From positions 3,233-67,232 of the forward strand of contig JAFGHO010000057.1 in assembly GCA_016930085.1 (NCBI GenBank): DNA of 64,000 nucleotides, read 5' to 3'. Made by a program: the position numbers and the translations under genes. This document shows positions 38,210 through 48,344 of the stretch, in pieces (the first letter of the stretch is position 1; each line of letters starts with the position of its first letter). The notes below the pieces were generated by a model. That model was not told the DNA's origin. It saw nothing but the letters and a program-made list of their open reading frames with translations, and did not search any database. The stretch is from Spirochaetales bacterium. Lineage in GTDB: Bacteria; Spirochaetota; Spirochaetia; SZUA-6; JAFGRV01.

Positions 38210-39478
38210 TTATTCATAAACATCCTTGCGGACATTTTCCAGTCCGGCCAGAATTTCATCGAGCCGTTCCGGATTCCTGACATAGTCGATTGTCGCGGAC
38301 CAGAAAGCCGAATTGATTTCACTCGGCATCATGTCCGACGCGTCGAATACGACCGTATCGGCGTCGTTTAAGATTCTCGCGAACTCCTTGTCGATATCCG
38401 TTTCGTAGGCGTCGATCGACAGGTTTTTGTTCGGCATGGTCGCACCCGTTTGGGCGAAATACGCCTGGGCTTCCGCAGTCGCGAGATAATTCATAAAGGC
38501 CTTTACCCCCGGCGTGTCATTGAAGGCAACGAGAACGTCGCCCCCGATTTCGACCGCCGAATACGAGGGGTTGATGGGGGGGAGCACAAAGAAATTGAAA
38601 TTCGCGGGGTATGAGAGGTCGGGGAAATTATCCCGTATCATACCGGCCATAAAGCTCGCCTGCTGGATCATATAGGCTTTCGGCGGACTGGAAAAAACCG
38701 GATTGGCCGCGTCCTGGAAACTTGTGGAAATGACGCCGTCCCTTCCGCCATAGACCATTTTGTTATCGGCGGCGATGGCGCCGAAACGTTTCCACGCGAG
38801 TGTTACCTGCTCCGATGTCCATGCGAGTTTTCCTTCATACCAGTCACGGTAGGACTCCGGCCCGAATGAACGGACAAATATATTTTCTATCCAGTCCGTG
38901 GCCGGCCAACCGCTTGCGTCTCCCGATTCGATACCCACGGCCCAGGGTGTTTTTCCCTGATCGACGATATCGTTCGAGATCGCAAGCAACTGATCCCAGC
39001 TTTCCGGAACCGATACACCGGCATCGGCAAAAGCCTCCGGGCTGTAGTAGACCAGTCCCTTGACCGCGGTTTTAAAGAACAATCCGTAAAATTTGCCGTC
39101 AACGGAACCGAGATCGAGCCATGTCTGCGAATACCCTTCCCGGATCTTTTTCATATCGACGATGGTATTCAGCGCGAGGAGTTTTCCTTCTTTTGCGAGA
39201 TCCACGACCAGTGAGAGTTGCGGAAGAATCGCGATATCGGGCGGATTTCCCGCCTCGACTCTCGATGTGAGAATCGCATTTATGTCGCGCGTGGATTCAA
39301 ACTCGACCTTGACATTGTTCGAACGCTCGAAATTGTCAATGATCTTGTTGAATACCTCGAGTTCACTGCCGCCCCATACGCCGAGCACGGTGACATTCGA
39401 TTCTTTCGGCTGGCATGCCGCCAGAAAAAACAAAGCGGCACACACGATACACATAATGAAAACTCTTCGTTTTTTCAT
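38210..39478 (-). CDS. extracellular solute-binding lipoprotein of a sugar ABC transporter
   Basis: Lipoprotein signal MKKRRVFIMCIVCAALFFLAAC. About 420 aa, a family-1 SBP size. Directly upstream of two sugar permeases. Confidence 0.85.
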   Translation of the reverse strand: MKKRRVFIMCIVCAALFFLAACQPKESNVTVLGVWGGSELEVFNKIIDNFERSNNVKVEFESTRDINAILTSRVEAGNPPDIAILPQLSLVVDLAKEGKLLALNTIVDMKKIREGYSQTWLDLGSVDGKFYGLFFKTAVKGLVYYSPEAFADAGVSVPESWDQLLAISNDIVDQGKTPWAVGIESGDASGWPATDWIENIFVRSFGPESYRDWYEGKLAWTSEQVTLAWKRFGAIAADNKMVYGGRDGVISTSFQDAANPVFSSPPKAYMIQQASFMAGMIRDNFPDLSYPANFNFFVLPPINPSYSAVEIGGDVLVAFNDTPGVKAFMNYLATAEAQAYFAQTGATMPNKNLSIDAYETDIDKEFARILNDADTVVFDASDMMPSEINSAFWSATIDYVRNPERLDEILAGLENVRKDVYE

Positions 39479-39605
39479 ATAACCTCCTTAATATTGGTAA
39501 AAATATAACAACAGACTAAAACTATCAGAAATTAGACGATTAACATTAAGTGGCATATTCTATTTATTACTGATCATTTTCCCACTCCCGAAAGTGTTTT
39601 CATGC

Positions 39606-39902
39606 CTATGGTGTCTGGAAACCGGGATCGATCGTTATGTTGTTTTCCACCGTGGCGTTATCTTCCACCTTCTTTTCGACTATTTCACCCGCCCGGTCTT
39701 TGTCTGTTTCGTTGTTGACCTTTCCGAACAATTCGATCGATATTGTGCCGGTCGCCTTTTTACCAGTCACATTGACGGAAATATTCGTCGCATCGGTGAT
39801 GTCGGCGTCCTGCTGGATCGCTTCGATGAGTTCGCGGCGCAGGTTTTCCGTTTCCTTTTTATCATTGTTGACAATCGCCATTCGATATTTGATCAAATCC
39901 AT
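39606..39902 (-). CDS. small acidic hypothetical protein (98 aa)
   Basis: Strong SD (AAGGAGG) 8 nt upstream of the ATG. Lies between the GH65 gene and the SBP gene on the same strand. Confidence 0.5.
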   Translation of the reverse strand: MDLIKYRMAIVNNDKKETENLRRELIEAIQQDADITDATNISVNVTGKKATGTISIELFGKVNNETDKDRAGEIVEKKVEDNATVENNITIDPGFQTP

Positions 39903-39984
39903 GATAATTCCTCCTTCTTGTATTTATATTTCTCCTTAACACGCTACCATAAATGCTCCCTTGTTATAAATGATTGGTATCGCG

Positions 39985-40233
39985 TTACCGTTGATCTCTT
40001 TCCGGAAAGTACCGGCCGGATCCGCCGATTTCATTCGCGAAAATCACCGCAAGGTCGTATTCGGTGAAAAACGGAAGCTGTTTGAAATCTTCGGTTTGCG
40101 GGATACTGTTCGTGACATCGAGTTTCCGCAACGAATATTTCTTCCGCATTTCCATGATTCTTCGATAAGCCTTTTTCGAAAAGAGGTTGTGGGAAATACC
40201 CATATACAATTCCCCGATACCTTTTTCTTCCAT
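39985..40233 (-). CDS. possible small ORF (82 aa), uncertain
   Basis: Sits in the roughly 500 nt stretch between the GH65 stop and the 98-aa gene. No strong SD. A competing overlapping ORF exists. Confidence 0.2.
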   Translation of the reverse strand: MEEKGIGELYMGISHNLFSKKAYRRIMEMRKKYSLRKLDVTNSIPQTEDFKQLPFFTEYDLAVIFANEIGGSGRYFPERDQR

Positions 40234-40410
40234 GAGTCTTTTCGCGACCTGATAAACCGGTTGTAGATGCGGGACACTTCGGATGCGAATCCGGAAGAGG
40301 ACTCACATGAGGCGATGATCAGGGGCCCCCGTTTCAAACAGGCGTTGTTTTCATCCGTTTCCGCTCCATATTCCGCAGCCGCCGTCTCTCCGTCCGAATG
40401 TGAAAAAATA

Positions 40411-43400
40411 TCAGCCATCTTCTTGCTTCCTTTCTTTTTCATGATTTCGCGGCATATAGGCGAATACCGTTTTTCTGCCGAATTTCAGGCGATACGTTTT
40501 CCCGTTGATCTCAATCGCGGGGCTTTCTCCCGTTCCCGTCACGGTCACCGTTACTTTTTCCCTGTCGATGTGAAGACGATACCGGTTGTCTTTATATTTG
40601 AAGGCAAAAGAAAGGCATTTCCAGTGAGAAGGAAGTTCGGGCATGATATGGATGTAATCGGTAAAGAGATTGATCCCCGCAAAACTGTTGAATATAATCC
40701 TTATACTGCCGCCCATCACCCCGGTGTGAATGCCTTCCTGGGTCGTGCCCCCCTGAATGTCCGAGATATCGCTTTTCATGACCGTCAGGAACCTTTCCCA
40801 TTTCTCGGATGTGTGCGTGGAAAGATATTTCACGATCGACGCGTGGACGATGTGGCTGAGGGTCGACCCATTGGTGGTAATGCCGGAATAGTACTCGTAA
40901 TTCCTCTTGAACAATTCCTCCGGGCTGAGTCCGGTATCATAGCCCATGATATCAAGAATATGATTGACCTGCCCCGGTGCGATAAGATAATAGACCATCA
41001 GGACATCCGCCTGTTTTGCCATCTTGTATCTGTTTGGTGTGTCTCCCTCGGATTTGAGAATTCTGTCCATCCTGTGAATGTCCCCGTATTTTTCACGGTA
41101 CGCCTTGAAATCGAGATCCTTGAGTTTGGAGAAACCGTCGAATTGAGATATAATCCCGTTTTCCTGCAAGACGACCTTGAGTTTGCTGCGTATCGCTTTC
41201 CATTTCTCTTTTTCTTCCGGCTCGAAGCCGATCTTTTTCGAAAGACGTTCGGTAATCGCGGCCGGCATTTCGTCCATCATCTTAATCCCCTTGTGCAGAA
41301 GCCAGCCGACCATTATATTGGTGTATGCATTGTCCCTGAATCCGCCTTTTTCGCTTCCGGGATATTTTTCGTGGAATTCGTCCGGCCCCATCACCCCTTC
41401 GATGTGATATTTCCCGTCGGCATCCTCAAAATGTGCAAGACTCGCCCAGAACCTGATGATTTCAATGATCATTTCAGCCCCGTAATTGTATAAGAAATCC
41501 GTATCCATGGTGGTATAAAAATACCGGAAAATATTATAGAGAATCGCGATAGAGACATGCCGCTGCAGGCTGCTGAGATCCGGATCCCATTCTCCGGAAA
41601 GGGGATTGAAATGAAGGGTCTGTGATTCCTCTTTTCCGCTGTCCGCCGACTGCCATGGATACATCGCCCCGGCGTATCCGGCCCTGCGGGCGGATTCCCG
41701 TGCCGCATCGAGTCTGTGGTACCGGTACATAAGCAGGGAGCGGGAGATGCCGGGAAAATGAAGATTGTAAAAAGGAAGGATGAACACTGTATCCCAGAAG
41801 ATATGGCCCCGATAAGCCTCGCCGTGCAGTCCCCTGGCCGGGAGCCCCGCATCGATATATTTGTTGTGCTCCGAGGCTGTCGACATCAGATGATACAGGT
41901 GCAGCCTGACCGCTTTTTGAACGAACCGGTCCCCGTGAATCTCGATATCGCTCACCTGCCAGAGTTTGTGCCATTCCAGTGTATGGGACTGCAGCATGGT
42001 ATCGAATGACCCGATATGATCAAGGCTTTTCACCCAGTCATGTTCGGGATTGTCCGAGTCCCTGTCATTGGAGGTGAAAATACTCACCAGCTTGTGGATT
42101 TCCACCGCTTCGCCTTTGAGACAGTCTATCGTGAGGGTTTGCGAAATATATCCTGCATCGATAGTCGTTTCCCTTACCGGATTCCCCTTTTTGTGCTTCG
42201 AGGCGATCAATGTTTTCGCCCCGGTAAATATCGATATTTTCGATGTATTGGTCCGGGTCACGAGAAACATGGTGTCGTCCGCTTCATGTTCGGAGACCGA
42301 TGAAAGGTGATTCGAGCTGAGATTCCGGTAACGCTCCACCCCGTAGTTGATGACCGTCCCGTCAAGGGCTGAAATGACGGTGACCGGCTCCGAATAATTA
42401 CGGGGAATGACGACGACTTTCAGGGCGGCATAATGCGGATTGGCCATACTCGCGAACCTGTATGTTTTGAATGTCGTTATCCGGTTTTTTTCGTCCTTGA
42501 AGGTGATTTCCCTTTTCAGAACGGCATTTTTCATATCGAGTTCCTGCCTGTATTCCAGAATCTCCGATTCGTAGAGGGAGGCGATGCCCGAATCGCCGAT
42601 TTTGATCTGTAAAAGCAGCCAGTTTGGGCAATTGACCAGATCGTTATTGTAAATCGTGTTACCGTGAATTTCAGTCGGAAGCCGGTTGTAGACACCGGCG
42701 ATATAGGTGCCGGGGTAATGATACTCGGAGGATTTCTCACTCACGAGGCATCCTCGTGTTCCGAAATACCCGTTCCCTACGGTCGTCAGGGCCTCCCGCA
42801 GTTTTTCTTCACCCGGTTTATGGCTTCGGTACAAAAGAGACCACCCGTCCTTTGCGAGCCCCTCATCGAACCAGTGTTTTATGGCTTTATAGTCGACTTC
42901 ACCAAGGTGCCTCACCACCATATCGGCCCCGTGGGCGTAAAGCGCGTCCGAGTTGTTTCCGTTACGGGAGATTCCGATGACGAGGGAGAAGTTTCCGTTG
43001 CTTCCGGCCTCAACACCCGAAAGCGCGTCTTCCACCATCACGCACTCGTCGGGCGTAAGCCCGAGCCGCCGGGCGGCCTCGATGAAAATATCGGGGGCCG
43101 GTTTGCCGTTCAGCTTCATTTCTTTTGAAACAAGCCCACCGACAACTGCCTGAAAGAGATCGATGATACCCGTTTTTTCGAGGATATACCGGCAGTTTTT
43201 ACTGGACGAGGCCACCCCGAGTCGTATCCCCTTTTTTTTGAGACTCCGTATAAACGCAATGGCCCCTTCGTAGACTTCCACTCCTTCCGTGGAAACCAGT
43301 TCGCGAAACGTTTCGTTTTTTTTGTTTCCGATTCCGCAAATGCTCTTCTTTTCTCCGCTGTCTCCCGGTTCACCGTAGGTAAGTGAAATATCGCGGGATG

Positions 43401-43620
43401 AGAGGAAACTTTGAACGCCGTCATAACGCGGCTTGCCGTCGACAAAGGGAATATAATCTTCCTCATATTCAAACGGACGATATTTTTTTCCTTCCTCGCT
43501 TCCTTTTTTTTCGAGGAAGGCGTCGAATGTTTTTTTCCAGGCTTTGTAATGGACGAGTGCGGTTCGAGTGATGACGCCGTCGAGATCGAATACAATCCCT
43601 CTGAACTGCCGTAATTTCAT
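40411..43620 (-). CDS. fusion protein: beta-phosphoglucomutase (HAD) N-terminal domain + GH65 disaccharide phosphorylase
   Basis: The true start MKLRQFRGIVFDLDGVITRT is HAD motif I of beta-PGM (ATG at 43618-43620 verified). About 220 aa of HAD domain with EDALSGVEAG is followed by the GH65 body (N-terminal beta-sandwich, (alpha/alpha)6 barrel with GHIFWDTVFILPFY). Confidence 0.85.
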   Translation of the reverse strand: MKLRQFRGIVFDLDGVITRTALVHYKAWKKTFDAFLEKKGSEEGKKYRPFEYEEDYIPFVDGKPRYDGVQSFLSSRDISLTYGEPGDSGEKKSICGIGNKKNETFRELVSTEGVEVYEGAIAFIRSLKKKGIRLGVASSSKNCRYILEKTGIIDLFQAVVGGLVSKEMKLNGKPAPDIFIEAARRLGLTPDECVMVEDALSGVEAGSNGNFSLVIGISRNGNNSDALYAHGADMVVRHLGEVDYKAIKHWFDEGLAKDGWSLLYRSHKPGEEKLREALTTVGNGYFGTRGCLVSEKSSEYHYPGTYIAGVYNRLPTEIHGNTIYNNDLVNCPNWLLLQIKIGDSGIASLYESEILEYRQELDMKNAVLKREITFKDEKNRITTFKTYRFASMANPHYAALKVVVIPRNYSEPVTVISALDGTVINYGVERYRNLSSNHLSSVSEHEADDTMFLVTRTNTSKISIFTGAKTLIASKHKKGNPVRETTIDAGYISQTLTIDCLKGEAVEIHKLVSIFTSNDRDSDNPEHDWVKSLDHIGSFDTMLQSHTLEWHKLWQVSDIEIHGDRFVQKAVRLHLYHLMSTASEHNKYIDAGLPARGLHGEAYRGHIFWDTVFILPFYNLHFPGISRSLLMYRYHRLDAARESARRAGYAGAMYPWQSADSGKEESQTLHFNPLSGEWDPDLSSLQRHVSIAILYNIFRYFYTTMDTDFLYNYGAEMIIEIIRFWASLAHFEDADGKYHIEGVMGPDEFHEKYPGSEKGGFRDNAYTNIMVGWLLHKGIKMMDEMPAAITERLSKKIGFEPEEKEKWKAIRSKLKVVLQENGIISQFDGFSKLKDLDFKAYREKYGDIHRMDRILKSEGDTPNRYKMAKQADVLMVYYLIAPGQVNHILDIMGYDTGLSPEELFKRNYEYYSGITTNGSTLSHIVHASIVKYLSTHTSEKWERFLTVMKSDISDIQGGTTQEGIHTGVMGGSIRIIFNSFAGINLFTDYIHIMPELPSHWKCLSFAFKYKDNRYRLHIDREKVTVTVTGTGESPAIEINGKTYRLKFGRKTVFAYMPRNHEKERKQEDG

Positions 43621-43690
43621 GTGCAAAAAAACTCCTTTCTGATTATATAATAATATACCCGTACAGGGGAGGGTATTCCGATGCCCACCG

Positions 43691-44923
43691 CTAACGGAGG
43701 AACCTCCTTTCGCATTGGAGGCCCGCCGCAAACAATATGGCCACAAGAATATCGGGATTATCGGTAAAAAAGCTTTCGGGACAGACCGAGGCGACCTGGT
43801 TCCGGAGACCGGTATCCCCGGTGACGAATATCGAAATTATATTCCCGCGGCCCCTCTCCATCGCTTTGCGGAGCATGGGAAGGTCTGAAAAGGTGTCTCC
43901 GCAGACAAGGGTGGTTTTACCGAGAATACCGCCCTCGATGTTGCCGTCGATAAAAAGGACACCGTCGCCTTTATCAAAGTCTTTCAGCGCCCGGTCCTTT
44001 TCCTTTACCGTCAGCAGGATCTCGAGATCCTTGCCGGTTTCTTCCGTCCTGAAGAAAATGCATTCGGGATCCGTTATGCGAATAATCTCTCTTACGCGCC
44101 GGATGAAATCCCGTGATTTTTCTTTGGGAACCGATTCGAAGGTGTCCTGATAGGCGATTGTCGTTTGCCCGAATTTTTGCTGGAATCCGGACCCGATCTG
44201 AAGGAAAAGCCGGTTTTCGCCTTCTTTCAATAACGCGCTTATCCTTTCATTGAGTGTTTTCAGTATCTTTTTTTCCTGCGGTGTGAGGGGCCAGATGTGT
44301 TTCCTTCGTTTTTCGTCCATGAACTCCCTTCCCTTGGAACCGGCGTGGATAAAAAGGTGGAACGGATCGATGACCACATCGAGCATGTCCCGCAATGGGG
44401 CCGATGAGAGAATCACGGCGCGGCCGGTCAGGGCCTGAGCGAACGAGGTCAGATACACCGCGTTATAGATCGACTGGACCGACGTCCGGTACCGGGCGCA
44501 GTAATTGTTGATCGTTCCGTCACGGTCGGTGACGAGATTTCGAATCCGAAAACCGGAAAGGAATTTGACGCCGTTGCGTACCTGTGATGCGAATTCTGTA
44601 TGGATACGGGCCAGATAATCGGTCAATGAATCCTTGCGGCCGGGGGAGAGAAACTCGATATCTTTTTCGAGTTCCTTTATTTCGTAACTCACATCCACTT
44701 TCATCTTCCGGCTGAACGGGGTATCGAGAAGGGCGTTTCCGTCCGACTTCGGTATGTCATTGAGCGCGTCAAGGATGGATTGCAGGATCCGGATGTCATT
44801 CGCCGCCCATCTTCTGTTTTTAAAATATGCTTTCACCATTTTCTTCCGGATCGTCATGGTCTTCCGGACCGCCCTGTAGAGGTCGTCAAGTGAATTAATG
44901 CTTCCGTGTCTTTCTTTAATCAT
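43691..44923 (-). CDS. HAD-IIB family sugar-phosphate phosphatase with N-terminal extension (trehalose-6-phosphate-phosphatase-like)
   Basis: HAD motif I VTDRDGTINNY and motif IV-like VCGDTFSDLPML. The roughly 150-aa N-terminal extension resembles the OtsB2-type architecture. First gene of the minus-strand sugar operon. Confidence 0.6.
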   Translation of the reverse strand: MIKERHGSINSLDDLYRAVRKTMTIRKKMVKAYFKNRRWAANDIRILQSILDALNDIPKSDGNALLDTPFSRKMKVDVSYEIKELEKDIEFLSPGRKDSLTDYLARIHTEFASQVRNGVKFLSGFRIRNLVTDRDGTINNYCARYRTSVQSIYNAVYLTSFAQALTGRAVILSSAPLRDMLDVVIDPFHLFIHAGSKGREFMDEKRRKHIWPLTPQEKKILKTLNERISALLKEGENRLFLQIGSGFQQKFGQTTIAYQDTFESVPKEKSRDFIRRVREIIRITDPECIFFRTEETGKDLEILLTVKEKDRALKDFDKGDGVLFIDGNIEGGILGKTTLVCGDTFSDLPMLRKAMERGRGNIISIFVTGDTGLRNQVASVCPESFFTDNPDILVAILFAAGLQCERRFLR

Positions 44924-45123
44924 CTTGTCATTGTCCTCTCCGTTTGATTACCACAAGCAAACGAATTCCAAAGGAAGTTCGACGTCCAAAAGAAGTTGCT
45001 CCTTTGGAGATGGTTTTAACTTCAGCCGTCTTCCGTCCGGAGTCGGTGACGGAAGCCCCCGCATATTCAGCCTGAAAGCGAAACCGTGACGACCGATGGG
45101 TAACCGGATACCGTATCCGGCTT

Positions 45124-46374
45124 CTAAAAATAAATCCTCAAAGAAGTATGGACGACCATGGGATATGCACCGAATTCGGATCCGTACGATGTTACAATAC
45201 CGCCGAGACTCTCCGGTTCCTTTCCCAGTCCTGCCGAGATCCCTCCGGTCAAGTAGATGTTTTCAGCGAAATTGTATTCAATCTCCGAACTCAGAAGAAA
45301 GGATTGATCGCAGATGTTGAAAAGAATCAGGGTCGAAATAGGCAATAGCGGGGTTATCTGATACGTGAATCCGGCCCCGAGATAATGAGTTCCCATGAGC
45401 GGGGTCTTTCCATCATCATATGCCGGATTATCGCCGGGATTTACAGGAATATCTGCGTAGTCAGCAGGATCTGTTTTTCCGGCCGAATTGAAATGATATT
45501 CGATAAAACCGTAGAACGAGTTGTTGAATTGATAATCGATTCCGGCCGATGTTTTGACATAGGTATGATCAGTACGCGGATTCTCCCCTCCGGCGGCAAA
45601 GGTGTCCGGGATGACGGTGACACCCTCTATCCACGTCCCCGCCTTTCCGATCGGGCGTGTGATATCGACACCGATAAGAAGGTCTTCCCGGTCGTCCATG
45701 ACTAGGACAAAGGCGTCAGTTTCGAGGAAGTAGCCCTTGATTCGCAGGAAGAAAGCGCTTTCTTCGATGAGGAGATCTTTCCCTCCCGCGAACCCAAGAT
45801 CGATCTCGTTCATCATGCCGAAGGGGATACGTACCCTGACCGCGTCGATTCCCTTTTTCGTTCCCGTGTCCGTCCTGGTGAGCCCCTGTTGACCGAAGAT
45901 GTCCGAGGGGTTGATGACATGCGCGCTTCCCCATGAAACAAGCTGTCTCCCGATATACACGTCCGCGAACGGCAGATATATCGTCGCGGCAAGCCCGGCA
46001 AGGTCGATGTAAAGACCGATATTTTCCGCATCCGCGTCGCCCGGAGGCAGGATACGTTCCGGTGGGTCTGCGATAAGAAAATTATCATCGGCTCGTCCGC
46101 CGGTTAAAACGATATCCTGCGGGAGGCCTTCCGGAAGCAGTCTGACGGAAAGGGAACCTGAGGCGGAAAACTCGAGCCATTCCGAAGGAGAGAGTTTCAT
46201 TTCCGCATCGAGCGGAGAGAGGGCATAGCCGTAAAAGCGATTTTCGAACATCGGATTATACAATCCGTATAACGAGGATGAGTATGTCCCGTGAAACGAA
46301 CAATCCGCGCCGTACAGGGGAAAAGCCGAAAGCAATACGGCGGACGCCAGGAATATTCCGGTCGATTTCCTCAT
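45124..46374 (-). CDS. outer-membrane beta-barrel protein (uncharacterised)
   Basis: Signal peptide MRKSTGIFLASAVLLSAFPLYGA. Alternating amphipathic beta-strand pattern. C-terminal LRIYF with a terminal aromatic. The ATGA start/stop overlaps the upstream ABC ATPase. Confidence 0.55.
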   Translation of the reverse strand: MRKSTGIFLASAVLLSAFPLYGADCSFHGTYSSSLYGLYNPMFENRFYGYALSPLDAEMKLSPSEWLEFSASGSLSVRLLPEGLPQDIVLTGGRADDNFLIADPPERILPPGDADAENIGLYIDLAGLAATIYLPFADVYIGRQLVSWGSAHVINPSDIFGQQGLTRTDTGTKKGIDAVRVRIPFGMMNEIDLGFAGGKDLLIEESAFFLRIKGYFLETDAFVLVMDDREDLLIGVDITRPIGKAGTWIEGVTVIPDTFAAGGENPRTDHTYVKTSAGIDYQFNNSFYGFIEYHFNSAGKTDPADYADIPVNPGDNPAYDDGKTPLMGTHYLGAGFTYQITPLLPISTLILFNICDQSFLLSSEIEYNFAENIYLTGGISAGLGKEPESLGGIVTSYGSEFGAYPMVVHTSLRIYF

Positions 46375-47066
46375 TGCTTTTTTTCCTTTAAAATTACCCC
46401 GTCTTCCAGTATGATTACCCGCCGGGCCCGTTCGACGACATGCTGGTCGTGTGTCGAAAAGACAAAAGTCATTCCGGTCTCTTCATTCAGGCTTCGCATC
46501 ATATCCAGCAGACTGCCGCCCGTTTTTGAATCGAGATTGGCGGTCGGTTCGTCCGCGAGGATAAGTCCTGGTGAGGAAACCATGGCGCGCGCGACCGCCA
46601 CCCGCTGCTGCTGGCCGCCCGAAAGTTTATTCGGGAATCTGTCGTGAAAGTCTTCCATACCCATATTTTTTAATATCGACGTAATCCTCTTATGGCGTTC
46701 GTTTTTCGGAACCCCCTGAAGCATCATCACGTATTCGATGTTTTCCTCGACCGTGAGGACGGGGATGAGGTTGTAGGCCTGGAAAATGAAACCGATATTG
46801 TCCCTTCTGAAATCGGAAAGTTCATTTCCGCTCATATTCGAAATGAGTTTTCCGTTGAGCCATATTTCTCCTTCCGTCGGCGAATCGAGACCGGTCGCGA
46901 CATTCAAAAAAGTCGTTTTCCCGGACCCGGAAGGCCCGACGATCGCGGTAAACTCCCCTTTTTCGATGGTAAGGGTTACCCCACGCAGGGCGTGAACGAC
47001 GACACCGTCCGTCCGGTAGTCCTTTTTTACGTTCTTCGCTTCGATAATAATCCTGTCATTGCCCAT
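46371..47066 (-). CDS. ABC transporter ATP-binding protein (LolD/MacB-ATPase-like)
   Basis: Walker A GPSGSGKTT, signature LSGGQQQRVAVARA, Walker B LILADEPT. Confidence 0.9.
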   Translation of the reverse strand: MGNDRIIIEAKNVKKDYRTDGVVVHALRGVTLTIEKGEFTAIVGPSGSGKTTFLNVATGLDSPTEGEIWLNGKLISNMSGNELSDFRRDNIGFIFQAYNLIPVLTVEENIEYVMMLQGVPKNERHKRITSILKNMGMEDFHDRFPNKLSGGQQQRVAVARAMVSSPGLILADEPTANLDSKTGGSLLDMMRSLNEETGMTFVFSTHDQHVVERARRVIILEDGVILKEKKQ

Positions 47067-47087
47067 AGTATAACCTCTCCTCCCATA

Positions 47088-48308
47088 TCAAAGTGTTCGC
47101 TGCAATGCCCTGACAATACGCATTTTACTCATGAACCGGGCAGGATATATGCTTACCACAACGGTAAACAGCAGAATGATAAGCGGATAGATGATAAATT
47201 GCCGCGGCTGGAAAACGGTATAAATCCGTTCCCGGAATGTCGCCCCCGCCAACTCAAGCCCCGTATAATCGATGCCGGCAACGGCAAAATAGCCATTGAG
47301 CGCACATCCGAGAATAAGACCGATACCAATCGAATATAGTGCCAGAAAAGCGGCTTCGGTTGTAATGAGCAGTCCCGTCACCACCGGCCTTGTCCCGATT
47401 GCCCGTAATACACCGAATTCGAACAGCCTTTCGTAGAGTGACATAAAAAGCGTATTGACGATGCCGAAAACGATTACCGCGAATACAATAACCACCATAA
47501 CGGCAACCGAAACATCTGTCAACGCCAGGACATTACTCATCTGGGGAACGAGTGCCGGCCACGCCGCCGCGCTGTTGCCGTCGATCGAATAGGTTTGCTC
47601 GAACCGCCTCCCGTGGCGGACCGCATAATCGGAGGAGGTAAAGGTAACGGCGATTTCATGGATATCGTTCCCCAATCCCATCATCTCCTGTGAGTCTTTG
47701 AGGGTGATAAAGGCAACCGACTCGTCCATGTCACGGCTGTTTATTTTGAATATCCCCCGGACGCGAAAGAGGTTCTGGGAAAGCTCACCCCCGTTCACTT
47801 TTGAAAGGGTAAGAACGATCCTGCTTCCCGTCGTCGCTTCAAGGCGTTCTGCGAGCTTTTTGCCGATTAACACCCCGCCCTTCGACTCTTCCAAATAGTC
47901 CCCTAAGACGATGCTTTCATCGATTTTAGAAAGCGCGGGTTCGGATGAGGGATCGATCCCGTATATCATGACGGAACCGATGTTCGACGGCGATGAAATC
48001 GTCCCGAACCCTATCGCCCGCCGCGTAATATTGTCGATTGTCGCGTCGGTTGAGAGTCCGGAAACAAGATCTGCCTCTCCGGCAATCGTCTTGTCGCTGT
48101 TCTGTGTGTCGGTAAAACCTTCCCGGTGTATCTGCGCTTCTCCCAGGAAGGTTGCGGTCACCGAATCGATGAGGTTTTCTTTCATCCCGATAACCAGGGC
48201 GTCGGTAAACATCAGTGAGGCGAGTCCCACACCGATAATGAGACCTGTCAGGAAAGCCCTCTTTCTGTTCCTGAAAATATTACGCAGCGCCATTTTGATA
48301 AAAAACAT
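47088..48308 (-). CDS. FtsX-family ABC transporter permease (MacB/LolE-like)
   Basis: N-terminal TM helix, large periplasmic domain and a C-terminal three-TM FtsX bundle. About 400 aa. Confidence 0.8.
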   Translation of the reverse strand: MFFIKMALRNIFRNRKRAFLTGLIIGVGLASLMFTDALVIGMKENLIDSVTATFLGEAQIHREGFTDTQNSDKTIAGEADLVSGLSTDATIDNITRRAIGFGTISSPSNIGSVMIYGIDPSSEPALSKIDESIVLGDYLEESKGGVLIGKKLAERLEATTGSRIVLTLSKVNGGELSQNLFRVRGIFKINSRDMDESVAFITLKDSQEMMGLGNDIHEIAVTFTSSDYAVRHGRRFEQTYSIDGNSAAAWPALVPQMSNVLALTDVSVAVMVVIVFAVIVFGIVNTLFMSLYERLFEFGVLRAIGTRPVVTGLLITTEAAFLALYSIGIGLILGCALNGYFAVAGIDYTGLELAGATFRERIYTVFQPRQFIIYPLIILLFTVVVSIYPARFMSKMRIVRALQRTL

Positions 48309-48344
48309 CCTTTTTCTCCTTGTTATCTCATCGATGAATACGTT

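Noticed and set aside
40044-40442. 132-aa minus-strand ORF overlapping the GH65 stop and the 82-aa ORF
   Set aside because: It overlaps the 3' end of the GH65 gene in another frame. Its composition is Ser/Arg-rich and low-complexity, and no RBS is evident. Only the alternative 82-aa ORF is kept, at low confidence.
40267-41493. 408-aa plus-strand ORF antisense to the GH65 gene
   Set aside because: GH65 motifs on the minus strand are continuous and convincing. The plus-strand product has no features.
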